DNA of 64,000 nt from Candidatus Heimdallarchaeum aukensis (GCA_021513695.1 CP084166.1:1568001-1632000), one strand, 5' to 3'; counted from the stretch's first letter, positions 30,539 to 40,289 are shown. Notes: a model not told the origin generated them from the sequence alone. Translations and numbers: made by a program.

Positions 30539-31162
30539 TTATTTTTCATCATCAGTTTGCTTCTCTTCTTTTTCTTCTTCATTTTCTTCTTCAAAGAAGT
30601 CATCATCAAACATTAATACACTGTCTAAAACAGAGTCAAGGGAAGGTCTTTCAGGAGGAGTTAATGGTATATCTGCTTTATCTGCAACAGAAATATCTAA
30701 AGATGAAAGATCTGCTCTCGCTCTTCTTCTCGTTGTTGGAGTCGTACTAACATATTGAATATTCTTTAACATTGATTTAACAGAACTGATTTCTTCTTTC
30801 AAATCTTTCAGAGAACTGAGTGCATTAATTTTTTCTAAAAGCTCATCTACTTTCTCTAACTCTCTTTTGGTTTTCTCTTCAAACTTTTTACTTGTTTCAG
30901 TTATCTTTGCAAACTGGCCTTCAGTTATGTTTATTCTTCTAGGAATTGAGGGTTCAGTGGGTGGAAAAAACAATGCAGGAGATGCTTTTAATTCTTCAAG
31001 AGAACCAAATTTTTCACTATGGTGTGCCTTGATTGACGCAAGAATTGCAGTTATAGGGTTTCCATATTCCGTCATTAAATCTTCAATCATATCCCATATT
31101 GCTATAGGAATTGGTACTTCTATTATTCTAGCTATCCTTTGCTTCTTTTTTTGAGAATACAT
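30539..31162 (-). CDS. Hypothetical protein: possible N-terminal ribbon-helix-helix-like segment, coiled coil, and strongly acidic C-terminal tail
   Basis: KQRIARIIEVPIPIAIWDMIEDLMTEYG... then a helical region, ending ...MFDDDFFEEENEEEKEEKQTDDEK. Confidence 0.3.
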   Translation of the reverse strand: MYSQKKKQRIARIIEVPIPIAIWDMIEDLMTEYGNPITAILASIKAHHSEKFGSLEELKASPALFFPPTEPSIPRRINITEGQFAKITETSKKFEEKTKRELEKVDELLEKINALSSLKDLKEEISSVKSMLKNIQYVSTTPTTRRRARADLSSLDISVADKADIPLTPPERPSLDSVLDSVLMFDDDFFEEENEEEKEEKQTDDEK

Positions 31163-31397
31163 TATTTTCTACCAGATTAATTAGTAATTTGAGTATTTAA
31201 TTAAAGACCACTACTTTACACATCTCTGATAATACTTCTCTGTATATAAATATACTTTTTAATCTACTAAAATCAAAGAATGATAAATATTAGACAATAA
31301 TAGGAATTTTAACCTAATTAAAAAACAAACTGTTAAAATAAGAAGATAAGGTAGAAAGGAAAGATCCTTTCTCTCTCTCCCTTTTAATAGAATTTTC

Positions 31398-31670
31398 TTA
31401 TGCAGTGTCTGTTACTTTGCTTTCTTCTTGTAGGAACTCAAAAGTTTCACGTAACTCAGGAGCTAAGTAATAATAGACCGACCGCATATCTGATAGATTA
31501 GACATTTTCTTTAAAATGCCTTTTTCTAGAAGGCGTCTAATACCATAACGAACTGTTCGTTCTGGTTGTTCTACAGATGCTAAGATCTGTTTCTGTGTCA
31601 TTGGTCCTTTTTCGTCCAATACTTTTATTATATCTTCTCCGCCTCGGGGTAATTTTCGTCTTTTCATCAT
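31398..31670 (-). CDS. Small winged-helix DNA-binding protein (putative transcriptional regulator)
   Basis: 90 aa. MTQKQILASVEQPERTVRYGIRRLLEKGIL is an HTH plus wing pattern. Confidence 0.5.
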   Translation of the reverse strand: MMKRRKLPRGGEDIIKVLDEKGPMTQKQILASVEQPERTVRYGIRRLLEKGILKKMSNLSDMRSVYYYLAPELRETFEFLQEESKVTDTA

Positions 31671-31689
31671 GATTCACCTTTTTTTTGTT

Positions 31690-31860
31690 CATCTAGTGTT
31701 TTACACTAGCTTTAACACATGCATATTGAGCGTAACTCAATCAAACTACTGGGTTTATAAACTTTTGCCTAGTCCGAGAGCATCTCTGCTAATGCAATGA
31801 ATACGTATCATTGTTGCGTATGTTTATCCATACACACAACGCGGACTTAGGAATTCGCCC
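31690..31860. promoter_or_regulatory. Palindrome-rich upstream region of the wHTH gene (candidate operator/promoter; alternatively a structured RNA)
   Basis: Inverted repeats ctagtg-ttttacactag, attgag-cgtaa-ctcaat, the atacgtat palindrome, and a longer-range cctagtccg / cggacttagg pair. Confidence 0.3.
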
Positions 31861-31964
31861 AAACCCCAAATTTATTGAAGTTACTGTTACTCAGTATTTA
31901 CTATTCTCATCTAAGTATATAATGATTTCTATGTAACAAAATAAAAAAATTATATATATTTAAC

Positions 31965-32867
31965 CTATAAATTATTTAAAAAATCTCTTATTCTTTGAAG
32001 AGCAAGTCTACTTTCTGGCAACATTTTTCCAAAGAGAGTGAAACAGTGTGTCATTTCTTCCCAAATATCTAGCTCCACATTTACACCTTGTTCTAGTGCT
32101 TTTTTTGCGAATCTTATTGAATCATCGAGTAAAATTTCAGAGGTTCCAACTTGGATAAATATTGAAGGTAGACCACGAAGGTCACCAAACAAAGGGGACA
32201 CTAAGGGGTTTCTAGGATTTTGTCCTTGTAGATACATTTCGGCGGCAAATTCTAGATTCTTTTTTGATAACTGGGGATCTTCATCTTCTTTAGTAAGAAC
32301 TGATTCACCAGATAAGGTTAAGTCAGTCCAGGGAGAGATACATATTCCTGCCCTAGGAAGAGGTTTTCTTAATGATTTCAAGTTGAGCATTGTAGATAGT
32401 GTCAATCCTCCTCCTGCAGAGTCACCCATTATGATTACTTTTTTTGGGTTAAGTTCCAGATCGCCTATCAAGTTCAAATATGCTTTTGTTGCATCTTCAA
32501 GAGCTGCAGGAAAAGGAAATTCTGGAGCTAAACGATAATCAAGAAGTAGTACTTGCGTTTCAGTTATCAGTGAAAATCTTCCTGCAAAAGCTCTATGCGT
32601 TTTTGGAGATCCAATTACATATGCTCCCCCATGTAAATATAAAATAGTATATTCAGATTTCATGTAACCGATCTTTGTTGGATATAACCATTCTGCATTT
32701 AAATTATTTATTTCAGTTTTTTCAACAGTTATTGCTTTTGGTACTTTTAAAATAGAAAGAGTTCTCTCTAAAATGTGCCTTTTTCTTTCTACACTCCTGT
32801 CTCCAGTAGATTTTACGGGCAGAGAACGTAAAAGATTTAACAAAATTTTTGCTTTACGACTAACCAC
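31965..32867 (-). CDS. Alpha/beta hydrolase, HSL-type esterase/lipase
   Basis: HGGAY oxyanion-hole motif and GDSAGG nucleophile elbow. Confidence 0.85.
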   Translation of the reverse strand: MVSRKAKILLNLLRSLPVKSTGDRSVERKRHILERTLSILKVPKAITVEKTEINNLNAEWLYPTKIGYMKSEYTILYLHGGAYVIGSPKTHRAFAGRFSLITETQVLLLDYRLAPEFPFPAALEDATKAYLNLIGDLELNPKKVIIMGDSAGGGLTLSTMLNLKSLRKPLPRAGICISPWTDLTLSGESVLTKEDEDPQLSKKNLEFAAEMYLQGQNPRNPLVSPLFGDLRGLPSIFIQVGTSEILLDDSIRFAKKALEQGVNVELDIWEEMTHCFTLFGKMLPESRLALQRIRDFLNNL

Positions 32868-32912
32868 AATAACAAAGAATTACTACATAAAACATAAATG
32901 TTTTCTTTGGAC

Positions 32913-33171
32913 ATGATTTACTTTTTTCCGTAAGTTTTTCGCACTCGGTCTTTCAAGAGAGAAAAACAATAAAATAGCTTAATCGCTTGGTAACTCAACC
33001 TAAACATACAATGAATGGGAGTGGTTGAGACAGACATCATACACGAATCGTGGGAATCATAAAGAAGAAAGGAAGAAAAAAGTAAAACCTTTTTTCTTTT
33101 TTCCTTCACTCCACGAGAGACAAAAAAGAAAGACTAACTCTAACACAAGAGGATAGAATTAGTTTCTTTTC
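32913..33171 (-). ncRNA. Candidate TnpB omega-RNA scaffold / right-end region
   Basis: Conserved with 21413-21705 (see there). Lies 3' of the tnpB stop and runs to the element terminus. Confidence 0.4.
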
Positions 33172-33173
33172 GT

Positions 33174-34628
33174 CTACTGGGGCTGCAACCAATGGCTGAG
33201 CCCTCGGCAAACAGTGAAATGAGTGAGACTGAATTTCTGACCAGTGAGGTAATCAGTAATGGTGTTACATCGAGGACGGAAAAGATATCCAAGGAACTTA
33301 CGAGCGATATTCATTCCCCTTGTTAGATCAGAATGAAAAGTGTAGTTACAGGAAGAACAATGAACTAACCCTCTAACGGGACGGGAAACTTTCCTCCCGC
33401 AACGAGCACAGTGAGAAGATGTCCCTCTTTCCTCTATTGTTAATATTCGGTGAGATTCAAAGCCTCGAAGTATAAGTGCCCGACGGAGAAGAGAGAGAAC
33501 AAGAGAAAAATTCCACTGATGAAGTTTTCTGCGAAACTTACGATTACTTTTTTCTTTTTCTTTTCCTTCTCGAACATGTTTGGGGTAACCTACAACAACG
33601 AAAAGGTCATACACTTGTGCATAACTCTCTATCGTCTGCACAACATCGCTTATAAATTGGTGAATATACGCGCGTTTAACGTTTCTATACCTCCGACGAA
33701 GAAGACCAAGAAAACGGTAAACTTGGTGCTTTTTACCTAACTGGTCGTTTAAAGCTGCTTTCCTCTGAAGACGGGAAAGTTTGAGTTTATATCTATGATT
33801 GATTCTATTCCACTGTTTAGTATACCAGAATTTTATCTCTTTTTTTGTTAACTTCTTTTTAGGAGTCAGTAACACTCCTGCAGCAGGAATGTTTATCCCT
33901 AGATCTATTCCCAGCACAGCTGGGGGAAGAGAAGAAGAATTATCTCCTTGACTTGTGAGATAAAAGGAAGAAGGAGGAAGAACTTTTAATTGGAAATACA
34001 CCCACCATTCACGTGTAGAACGTTTGTATCTTAGTTCTAGACTTTTCACCCTCCCTTTCTTTAACTCTTTCTGGTGAAAATCGCTCATCTCTAAAGGTAA
34101 CCACAACTTCTGATGATAAGGTGTCTTTCTCTTCCAGGTATCTAACGAGTCTCTTATTCCTACCCACCAACGAGTAAGTGTATTATTCTTCTCTTTTGGT
34201 AGATGGACAAGAATGAACCTTTTTCCATTAATTAATTGCCTTCTTGCTCTCTTTATTGGAGGACGAGTAGGACGGGGTCTATACCCTTGTTCATATAATT
34301 GTACAGCTATATCTCTACACTCTTGGAATTCATTGTGAGAACAATAGGGAAACATTTTCTTCAAGTCGTGAGGAACAGTCTTTCTCCTCTCTTCTTCTTT
34401 TACTCTTGAAGTAGTCAGTGTCAACTCGTCTAATTTTCCTCTATGTACTCTTATTTTCCCTTTTTTTGTTCTTATACTTATTTTTCTTCTGTTGTGGTGT
34501 ATAATTCTCACATATTTTTCTATTATTCTCGTGTCTCTCCCCGTTATTCTCCTTAATCTTTCCTTTTTTCTCGTCGTCAATACCTCATTCTTTATTCTCA
34601 CTTTTAATGTTTTGACGACGTCCTCCAT
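33174..34628 (-). CDS. tnpB: TnpB (RuvC-like RNA-guided nuclease family, IS200/IS605 OrfB)
   Basis: RuvC-I LGIDLG, C-terminal zinc finger HCARCGRKV...CSSCNYTF and RuvC-III HSDLTRGMNIA. The canonical RuvC-II glutamate is not evident: the sequence reads LFVVVGYPK where the third TnpB in the window has AIVIEEIS. Confidence 0.85.
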   Translation of the reverse strand: MEDVVKTLKVRIKNEVLTTRKKERLRRITGRDTRIIEKYVRIIHHNRRKISIRTKKGKIRVHRGKLDELTLTTSRVKEEERRKTVPHDLKKMFPYCSHNEFQECRDIAVQLYEQGYRPRPTRPPIKRARRQLINGKRFILVHLPKEKNNTLTRWWVGIRDSLDTWKRKTPYHQKLWLPLEMSDFHQKELKKGRVKSLELRYKRSTREWWVYFQLKVLPPSSFYLTSQGDNSSSLPPAVLGIDLGINIPAAGVLLTPKKKLTKKEIKFWYTKQWNRINHRYKLKLSRLQRKAALNDQLGKKHQVYRFLGLLRRRYRNVKRAYIHQFISDVVQTIESYAQVYDLFVVVGYPKHVREGKEKEKSNRKFRRKLHQWNFSLVLSLLRRALILRGFESHRILTIEERGTSSHCARCGRKVSRPVRGLVHCSSCNYTFHSDLTRGMNIARKFLGYLFRPRCNTITDYLTGQKFSLTHFTVCRGLSHWLQPQ

Positions 34629-34947
34629 CTTTCTTTCCTCTTTTCTTATTCTAAACTTTTTTCTTCTCCTTTAATTATACTTTTTTTCCCTATAAAAATT
34701 CCTCACTTTTTCTTCTCTCCCTCCCTCTTCCTTCCTTCTTTCCTTTCTTTTTTCGTTGCACTCTTCCTCAATTTTTATAAATTTACGTAAAAAAGTAAGT
34801 CATTTATTATGCTTTTCTTTAAAGTTTTTACAGTAAGTGCTGAATGTTTCTATTTCATTTATCCCTGAAAGAGGACAATAGTATAAAAAAGTGTAAAAAA
34901 CAATAATTAAGAAAATATTTATAGTTTAACAAAAATAAAAAACATCA

Positions 34948-35895
34948 ATGTGCTGCAAGATAAAAGAAGTTCATGCAAAAATAAGACAATATATCAACAA
35001 AACTCCAGTGATGACTTCAACTACACTAAATAAACTAACTAAAGCGGAATGCTACTTAAAGTGTGAAAACTTCCAAAAAATGGGTGCATTTAAGATTAGG
35101 GGAGCAGTTAATGCCATACTAAATCTAACTGAAGAACAAAAAAAGAAAGGAGTAATAACGCACAGTTCAGGAAATCATGCTCAGGCCTTATCTCTTGCAG
35201 CTTCTTTTTTTAATGTTAAAGCCACAATTGTTATGCCTGAAAATGCACCAAAGGTTAAAATTGAAGCAACCAGAAATTACGGCGGAGAAGTTATTTTTTG
35301 TGGAAACAAACCCTTGGATAGAGAAAAGAAAACAGAAGAATTAATTAAGCAACACGATTATACATTAATTCATCCTTCAAATAATTGGGACATTATTCGT
35401 GGAGCGGGAACAGCAGCCTATGAATTGATACATGAGATCCAAGATCTAGATTATGTTTTTGCTCCTGTTGGAGGAGGAGGGCTATTAAGTGGAACATCTT
35501 TAGCAGTTAAAGAATTATCACCAAAAACAAAAGTGATTGGTGTTGAACCTGAAAAAGCAGATGATGCTTTTAGATCTATAAGAGACAATAAGATTTACCC
35601 CTCAATTAATCCAGACACAATAGCAGATGGCCTTAGAACTTCATTAGGAAATATTACTTTTTCTGTAATAAGAGACAATGTTGATAAAATCATTTTGGTA
35701 ACAGAAGAAGAAATAGTAAAAGCAATGGAATTTCTGTGGTCTCGTATGAAATTAGTTGTTGAACCCTCTGGTGCTGTTTCATTAGCTGGATTATTAAAAC
35801 AAAAAGAAAGTATAAAAAACAAACGAGTAGGAGCAATCATTTCAGGCGGAAATATTGATTTGACCGATTTCTTTGCAAAATTTAAGGGATTGTAA
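34948..35895 (+). CDS. PLP-dependent serine/threonine dehydratase family enzyme (threonine ammonia-lyase/serine racemase-like)
   Basis: PLP-lysine motif FKIRGA, SGNHAQALS, and glycine loop GGGGLLSG of the tryptophan-synthase-beta-like fold. 315 aa, with no regulatory ACT domain. Confidence 0.8.
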   Translation: MCCKIKEVHAKIRQYINKTPVMTSTTLNKLTKAECYLKCENFQKMGAFKIRGAVNAILNLTEEQKKKGVITHSSGNHAQALSLAASFFNVKATIVMPENAPKVKIEATRNYGGEVIFCGNKPLDREKKTEELIKQHDYTLIHPSNNWDIIRGAGTAAYELIHEIQDLDYVFAPVGGGGLLSGTSLAVKELSPKTKVIGVEPEKADDAFRSIRDNKIYPSINPDTIADGLRTSLGNITFSVIRDNVDKIILVTEEEIVKAMEFLWSRMKLVVEPSGAVSLAGLLKQKESIKNKRVGAIISGGNIDLTDFFAKFKGL

Positions 35896-35909
35896 AACTA
35901 TTCAAAACA

Positions 35910-37439
35910 GTGAAAGTTATGGAAGAATCTTCAAAAAAGCCAATCGCATTTATACCTACACCAAAAGAGATAGCTTCTCTAATGGTTTCTTTGATAACAA
36001 AATCTAAAACTGACAGTATATTAGATCCGGGTTGTGGAAAAGGTATTTTCATTGAATGTTTAAAGGAACAGAACTTCACTAACATAACAGGAGTAGAATT
36101 AAACAAAGAATTGTACAATTATTGTAAAAATAAATTCTCTCAAAATAATATAGTTAACCACGATTTTCTTGATTTGAGCGAAGATAACAAATTTGATGTA
36201 ATCATCGGTAACCCACCCTATACCCATTATAATTCTCTTCCTACAAGTATGAGAGAAAAAGTTTATTCAATTACAAAAACAAGAGAAACAGATATTTATT
36301 ATGCTTTTATCATAAAAGCTGTAAAATTATTGAAGGATGAAGGCGAACTTATTTTTATTGTACCATACAGTTTTTTTTATAATACATTTGCAAAAACAGT
36401 AAGAGAGATTCTTGCAGAAAATGGTTTTTTTGAGATAATAATAGATTTAGATGAAGTAAATTTATTTGAAGGAGAGTTACCAGAAACAATAATTTTTAAG
36501 TTTAAGAAGGTAAAGGAGAAAAGAGATACAGTTGTTCTAAAGATTAAAACAAGGTTAACAAAACCAGCACAAGTTGCTGAAAGAGCACTAGAGAGTTTAG
36601 AAAAAAGAAGAGAAAATGAACTTTTTTCCTATTTCATAAAAAAATTTGATTATAAAGCAGAAACATGGTCAACTTTTCCAGATATTGAAGTCAGTTTTTT
36701 TAACAGACTATCAGAATTAGCTTTTGTTGGAGTTGGAATGGTTTCAGGCTATGATAAAGTCTTTAGACTAGAAGAAAAAACAATTAAATTACTAAACGAT
36801 GAAGAACAAAAAAGAGTTTTTCCATTTGTAAAAGGGGAAAACTGTAAGGGATATTTTATTCAAGGTTGCGTATATTATTTCCTACTAGATAATAACATAA
36901 AATCAGAGGAAGAACTATGTAAAAAATACCCCAATTTTTATTCTATGATTTTGTCTTCTAAAGAAAAAATGATTAAAAGGTATTTACCAAAAAACGGCAA
37001 ATGGTTTCATTGGCAAGCTCTTAGAAATTATGAAACATACAGAAAGAGGTTAGATGCTCCCAAGATTTTTGTTCCTACATTGGATAGAAGTAAGATAAAC
37101 CGTTTCAGCCTTACCTATGAAAAATTGTTTCCTTCAGGAGATGTTATTACAATCATTCCTTACAAAGATGTTGATCCCTTCTTCCTTCTAGGTTATTTGA
37201 ATAGTGACTTCTTTAGGAGATATTATTTTTCATATGGAGGAAAAAGAGGAAACAGAGTTTCGTATACACAACGATTATTATCTAACGCTAAAATACCCAA
37301 ATTTTCTGAGAAAATAAAAAAAATAATTTCATCTGAAGCCAAAAAGATCTTTAATCAAAAGTCATTTCAAAATTGTAGGGAAAAGATAGAAAGAACCATA
37401 CTCAAATCTTTCGAGGAAAATCTTTTTGATTCAGTATAG
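35910..37439 (+). CDS. Gamma-class N6-adenine DNA methyltransferase (TaqI/Eco57I-like) with a C-terminal target-recognition region
   Basis: Motif I LDPGCGKGIF and motif IV IIGNPPY in gamma order. 509 aa. No adjacent restriction endonuclease was recognised. Confidence 0.8.
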   Translation: MKVMEESSKKPIAFIPTPKEIASLMVSLITKSKTDSILDPGCGKGIFIECLKEQNFTNITGVELNKELYNYCKNKFSQNNIVNHDFLDLSEDNKFDVIIGNPPYTHYNSLPTSMREKVYSITKTRETDIYYAFIIKAVKLLKDEGELIFIVPYSFFYNTFAKTVREILAENGFFEIIIDLDEVNLFEGELPETIIFKFKKVKEKRDTVVLKIKTRLTKPAQVAERALESLEKRRENELFSYFIKKFDYKAETWSTFPDIEVSFFNRLSELAFVGVGMVSGYDKVFRLEEKTIKLLNDEEQKRVFPFVKGENCKGYFIQGCVYYFLLDNNIKSEEELCKKYPNFYSMILSSKEKMIKRYLPKNGKWFHWQALRNYETYRKRLDAPKIFVPTLDRSKINRFSLTYEKLFPSGDVITIIPYKDVDPFFLLGYLNSDFFRRYYFSYGGKRGNRVSYTQRLLSNAKIPKFSEKIKKIISSEAKKIFNQKSFQNCREKIERTILKSFEENLFDSV

Positions 37440-37472
37440 TAATTATTTTAAATAAAAACACATTGTGCCTAT

Positions 37473-38114
37473 ATGACCTCTAGAACTTCAACGAACGGTC
37501 TATTTTTAGTTATTGAAGGAATCGATGGTGTAGGTAAAACTACTCAAGCAAAGAAGCTAGTTGAGTTCCTAAAGTCCAAGAAGATAAAAGCTGAATATAC
37601 AACTGAGCCTACTCACTGGAGCATTTATGGAAAAAAGTTGAGAGAGAGTTTTTTTGCCCCAGAAAGACTATCTGTTGAAGAAGAATTTAGACTTTTTTTA
37701 GAAGATAGAAAGGAACATATTGCAAAAGAAGTACTACCACTTATAGAGCAAGAGACAATAGTTGTATGTGATAGATATTACTTTTCATCTGCTGCATATC
37801 AGGGATCTAGAGGACTAGATTGGAAATATATTCTAGAAGAAAATATGAAGGTTGTTCCACCTCCAGATATTACATTTTTAATTGACATTCCTGTAGAAAA
37901 AGCAATAGATAGAATATCTAATGGAAGAGCGGGAAAAATCAATACCTTTGAGAAAAGAGAGAATCTCATCAAAGTAAGGAAAATTTACCATAAGATTGCT
38001 CAAGAGTTCAGTGATTTAATAGTCGTAATAGATGGAACAGATAGTATAGAAGCAGTTCATGAGTTAATAATTAAGAACTTAAAACCTAAACTTTTGGAAA
38101 AAAACTTAATTTAA
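37473..38114 (+). CDS. tmk: Thymidylate kinase
   Basis: P-loop IEGIDGVGKTTQ, DRY motif region, and a lid with basic residues. Confidence 0.9.
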   Translation: MTSRTSTNGLFLVIEGIDGVGKTTQAKKLVEFLKSKKIKAEYTTEPTHWSIYGKKLRESFFAPERLSVEEEFRLFLEDRKEHIAKEVLPLIEQETIVVCDRYYFSSAAYQGSRGLDWKYILEENMKVVPPPDITFLIDIPVEKAIDRISNGRAGKINTFEKRENLIKVRKIYHKIAQEFSDLIVVIDGTDSIEAVHELIIKNLKPKLLEKNLI

Positions 38115-38311
38115 ATTGTTTTAGTATCACTTTAAATTTCTTAAAAAGTTTCAAAAACAAAGCATTTTTAAATAAAAAGAAATGATGCTATTTGAGGACT
38201 AATGAGTATAGGTGAATTTGTTCCGAACTTGCAGTAGCAACATTGTTTTACTTAGGAGTAGGAACAACACCTTGAAGAGTCTTTTTTCTATGAAAAAAAA
38301 TATGAGAGGAT

Positions 38312-39757
38312 GTGAAACAGTTGTCAGTTTTTACAAAGAAAAAGGATGAGCAATTCATGGCATGGTATCTTGATGTCATTCGAAGAGCAGAAATTGTAGA
38401 CACTCGAACAGGGGTAAAAGGAGCTAACGTACTTATGAGCAACGGATATGAAATCTGGAAAAGGATGCAAAACATCTTAGATGAGAAATTCTATGGAACT
38501 AATCACAAGACCATGATATTTCCTTTATTAATTCCTGAAAAGTTCTTAATGATGGAAAAAGAACACTTTGAGGGATTTGTTCCAGAAGTAGCACTCGTTA
38601 CTCACGCTGGTGAAAAAAAATTAGAAGAAAATTACGCTTTGAGACCAACATCTGAAACTATAATGTATCACTTATATAGTCAATGGATTAGAAGTTATAC
38701 GGATCTACCTTTAAAAGTAAATCAATGGTGCAACATTATTAGAATTGACACAAAGGATACTCGACCTTTACTTCGTGACAGAGAGTTTCACTGGACAGAG
38801 GCCCATACATGTCATGAAACAGCAGAAGAAGCAGAAGAACAAGTGAAAGAATCGATGTGGATTTATTCAACATTCTTTGATGAATGCTGTTTACCTTATT
38901 TAGTACTTAAACGTCCAAAACATGACACTTTTCCTGGAGCAGAATATAGCGTAGCTTATGATTGCCCTCTTCCTGATGGAAAAAGTTTACAAATTGGGAC
39001 TACACACAATCTTGCACAAGGATTTAGCAAAGTATTTAAAATCAAGTTCCAGAAAGCAGATGGTTCACATGATTTTGCTTATCAAACATGTTACGGACTA
39101 TCCACAAGAGTCATAGCTGCCGTTATTGGAGTACATGGTGATGATCGAGGACTAATCTTACCTCCATATCTAGCACCCACACAAATAGCCATTATCCCTA
39201 TTATATTCAAAGGCAAAGAAGAAAAAGTGAAAAAAACTAGTAAAGAAATATATGAGAAAATCAAGTCGTCTGGTATAAGAGTAATATTAGATGACGGTCC
39301 TAAAACTAGTGGCTGGAAGTTTAATGAATATGAACTTCGAGGGGTACCACTAAGAATAGAAGTAGGTCCAAGAGATGTAGAAAAAGGATCAGTGATTATT
39401 GTTCGTCGTGATACAAAGGAAAAGATCGAAGTCAAAAATGAAGATATAATAGAAGAGATACAAAAATTGTTTGAAGCAATTACTACAGAATTAAAACAAA
39501 GAGCCAAAACCTTATTGGAAAAATCTGTTTCCACAATAGAAACTTTAGAAGAAATTGAAGAGAAATTCAACACAAAAAAACCTGGTTTCATCAGAACAAA
39601 CTGGTGCGGAAATAAGAAATGTGCTGAATATATAAAAGAAAACTTCCGAGCTAATATTCTAGGCACAAAGTATGGTGAAGTAGAGCAAGTTTTTGGAGAT
39701 TGCCCAGTTTGCGGTGAAAAAGCTAAACATGTTGTGTATCTTTCAAGAACCTACTAG
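38312..39757 (+). CDS. proS: Prolyl-tRNA synthetase, archaeal/eukaryotic type
   Basis: 481 aa class II core with a C-terminal zinc-binding domain ending ...CPVCGEKAKHVVYLSRTY. The terminal Tyr is characteristic of archaeal-type ProRS. Confidence 0.85.
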   Translation: MKQLSVFTKKKDEQFMAWYLDVIRRAEIVDTRTGVKGANVLMSNGYEIWKRMQNILDEKFYGTNHKTMIFPLLIPEKFLMMEKEHFEGFVPEVALVTHAGEKKLEENYALRPTSETIMYHLYSQWIRSYTDLPLKVNQWCNIIRIDTKDTRPLLRDREFHWTEAHTCHETAEEAEEQVKESMWIYSTFFDECCLPYLVLKRPKHDTFPGAEYSVAYDCPLPDGKSLQIGTTHNLAQGFSKVFKIKFQKADGSHDFAYQTCYGLSTRVIAAVIGVHGDDRGLILPPYLAPTQIAIIPIIFKGKEEKVKKTSKEIYEKIKSSGIRVILDDGPKTSGWKFNEYELRGVPLRIEVGPRDVEKGSVIIVRRDTKEKIEVKNEDIIEEIQKLFEAITTELKQRAKTLLEKSVSTIETLEEIEEKFNTKKPGFIRTNWCGNKKCAEYIKENFRANILGTKYGEVEQVFGDCPVCGEKAKHVVYLSRTY

Positions 39758-39866
39758 TTTTTCACTTTCTTATTTTATTTTTTAAAATCTGTGACAAACG
39801 ATAGATTTTTTTGTTTGAAAGATAGTTTTTTAATATTAATACAGTAATTAAGAAAGGAAGAGTAAA

Positions 39867-40247
39867 ATGTCAATAAGTTTACCACCAGAAAAGAAAAAAG
39901 AATTAATTAAAATATTAAAACAAATTTCACAAGGTTGTGAATTGGAAGCTTTAGCAGTTGTAACAGATGAGGGAATTAAAGTAGCTTTTTTTGCCGAGAA
40001 AAGTGCAGACCCTGATTTACTCAGCGCTGTAAGCTCGGCTGTTCTTTCCACCGGAGAGATGGTTACAAAACAGCTTTCTCACGGTTTTTTGGAACAAGTT
40101 TTAATCCGCGGTGCTAAAGGATTTACTATCTTATCTAATTTAGATCACTATCTTTTAATTGGAGCTTCTAAGGATTTACACAGCGTTGGTTTAGCTATAC
40201 AAGTAATAAGAAGGCATAGCCCCACAATTGCAGAATTGTTAAACTAA
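39867..40247 (+). CDS. Roadblock/LC7 (MglB-like) domain protein
   Basis: 126 aa. ELEALAVVTDEGIKVAFFAEK...VSSAVLSTGEMVTKQL...LIRGAKGFTILSNLDHYLLIGASKD matches the roadblock fold pattern. Confidence 0.75.
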   Translation: MSISLPPEKKKELIKILKQISQGCELEALAVVTDEGIKVAFFAEKSADPDLLSAVSSAVLSTGEMVTKQLSHGFLEQVLIRGAKGFTILSNLDHYLLIGASKDLHSVGLAIQVIRRHSPTIAELLN

Positions 40248-40289
40248 AAAAGAATTAAAAAAAAGAACTAACTGATTAGTAAGAGAGAG

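Larger units (their letters stand above)
32913..34803 (-). mobile_element. Intact TnpB-only insertion element (IS200/IS605-OrfB type)
   Basis: Bounded by ATGATTTAC (32913-32921) and GTAAGTCAT (34795-34803, 8/9 inverted match). Contains a complete 484-aa tnpB and the conserved non-coding ends shared with the 21413-23331 copy. Confidence 0.75.

Noticed and set aside
31690-31860. Considered as a tRNA gene because of GC-rich stems.
   Set aside because: No T-loop (GTTCRANYC-like) or D-loop consensus on either strand. The acceptor/anticodon geometry does not fit. Kept only as a palindromic regulatory/structured region.
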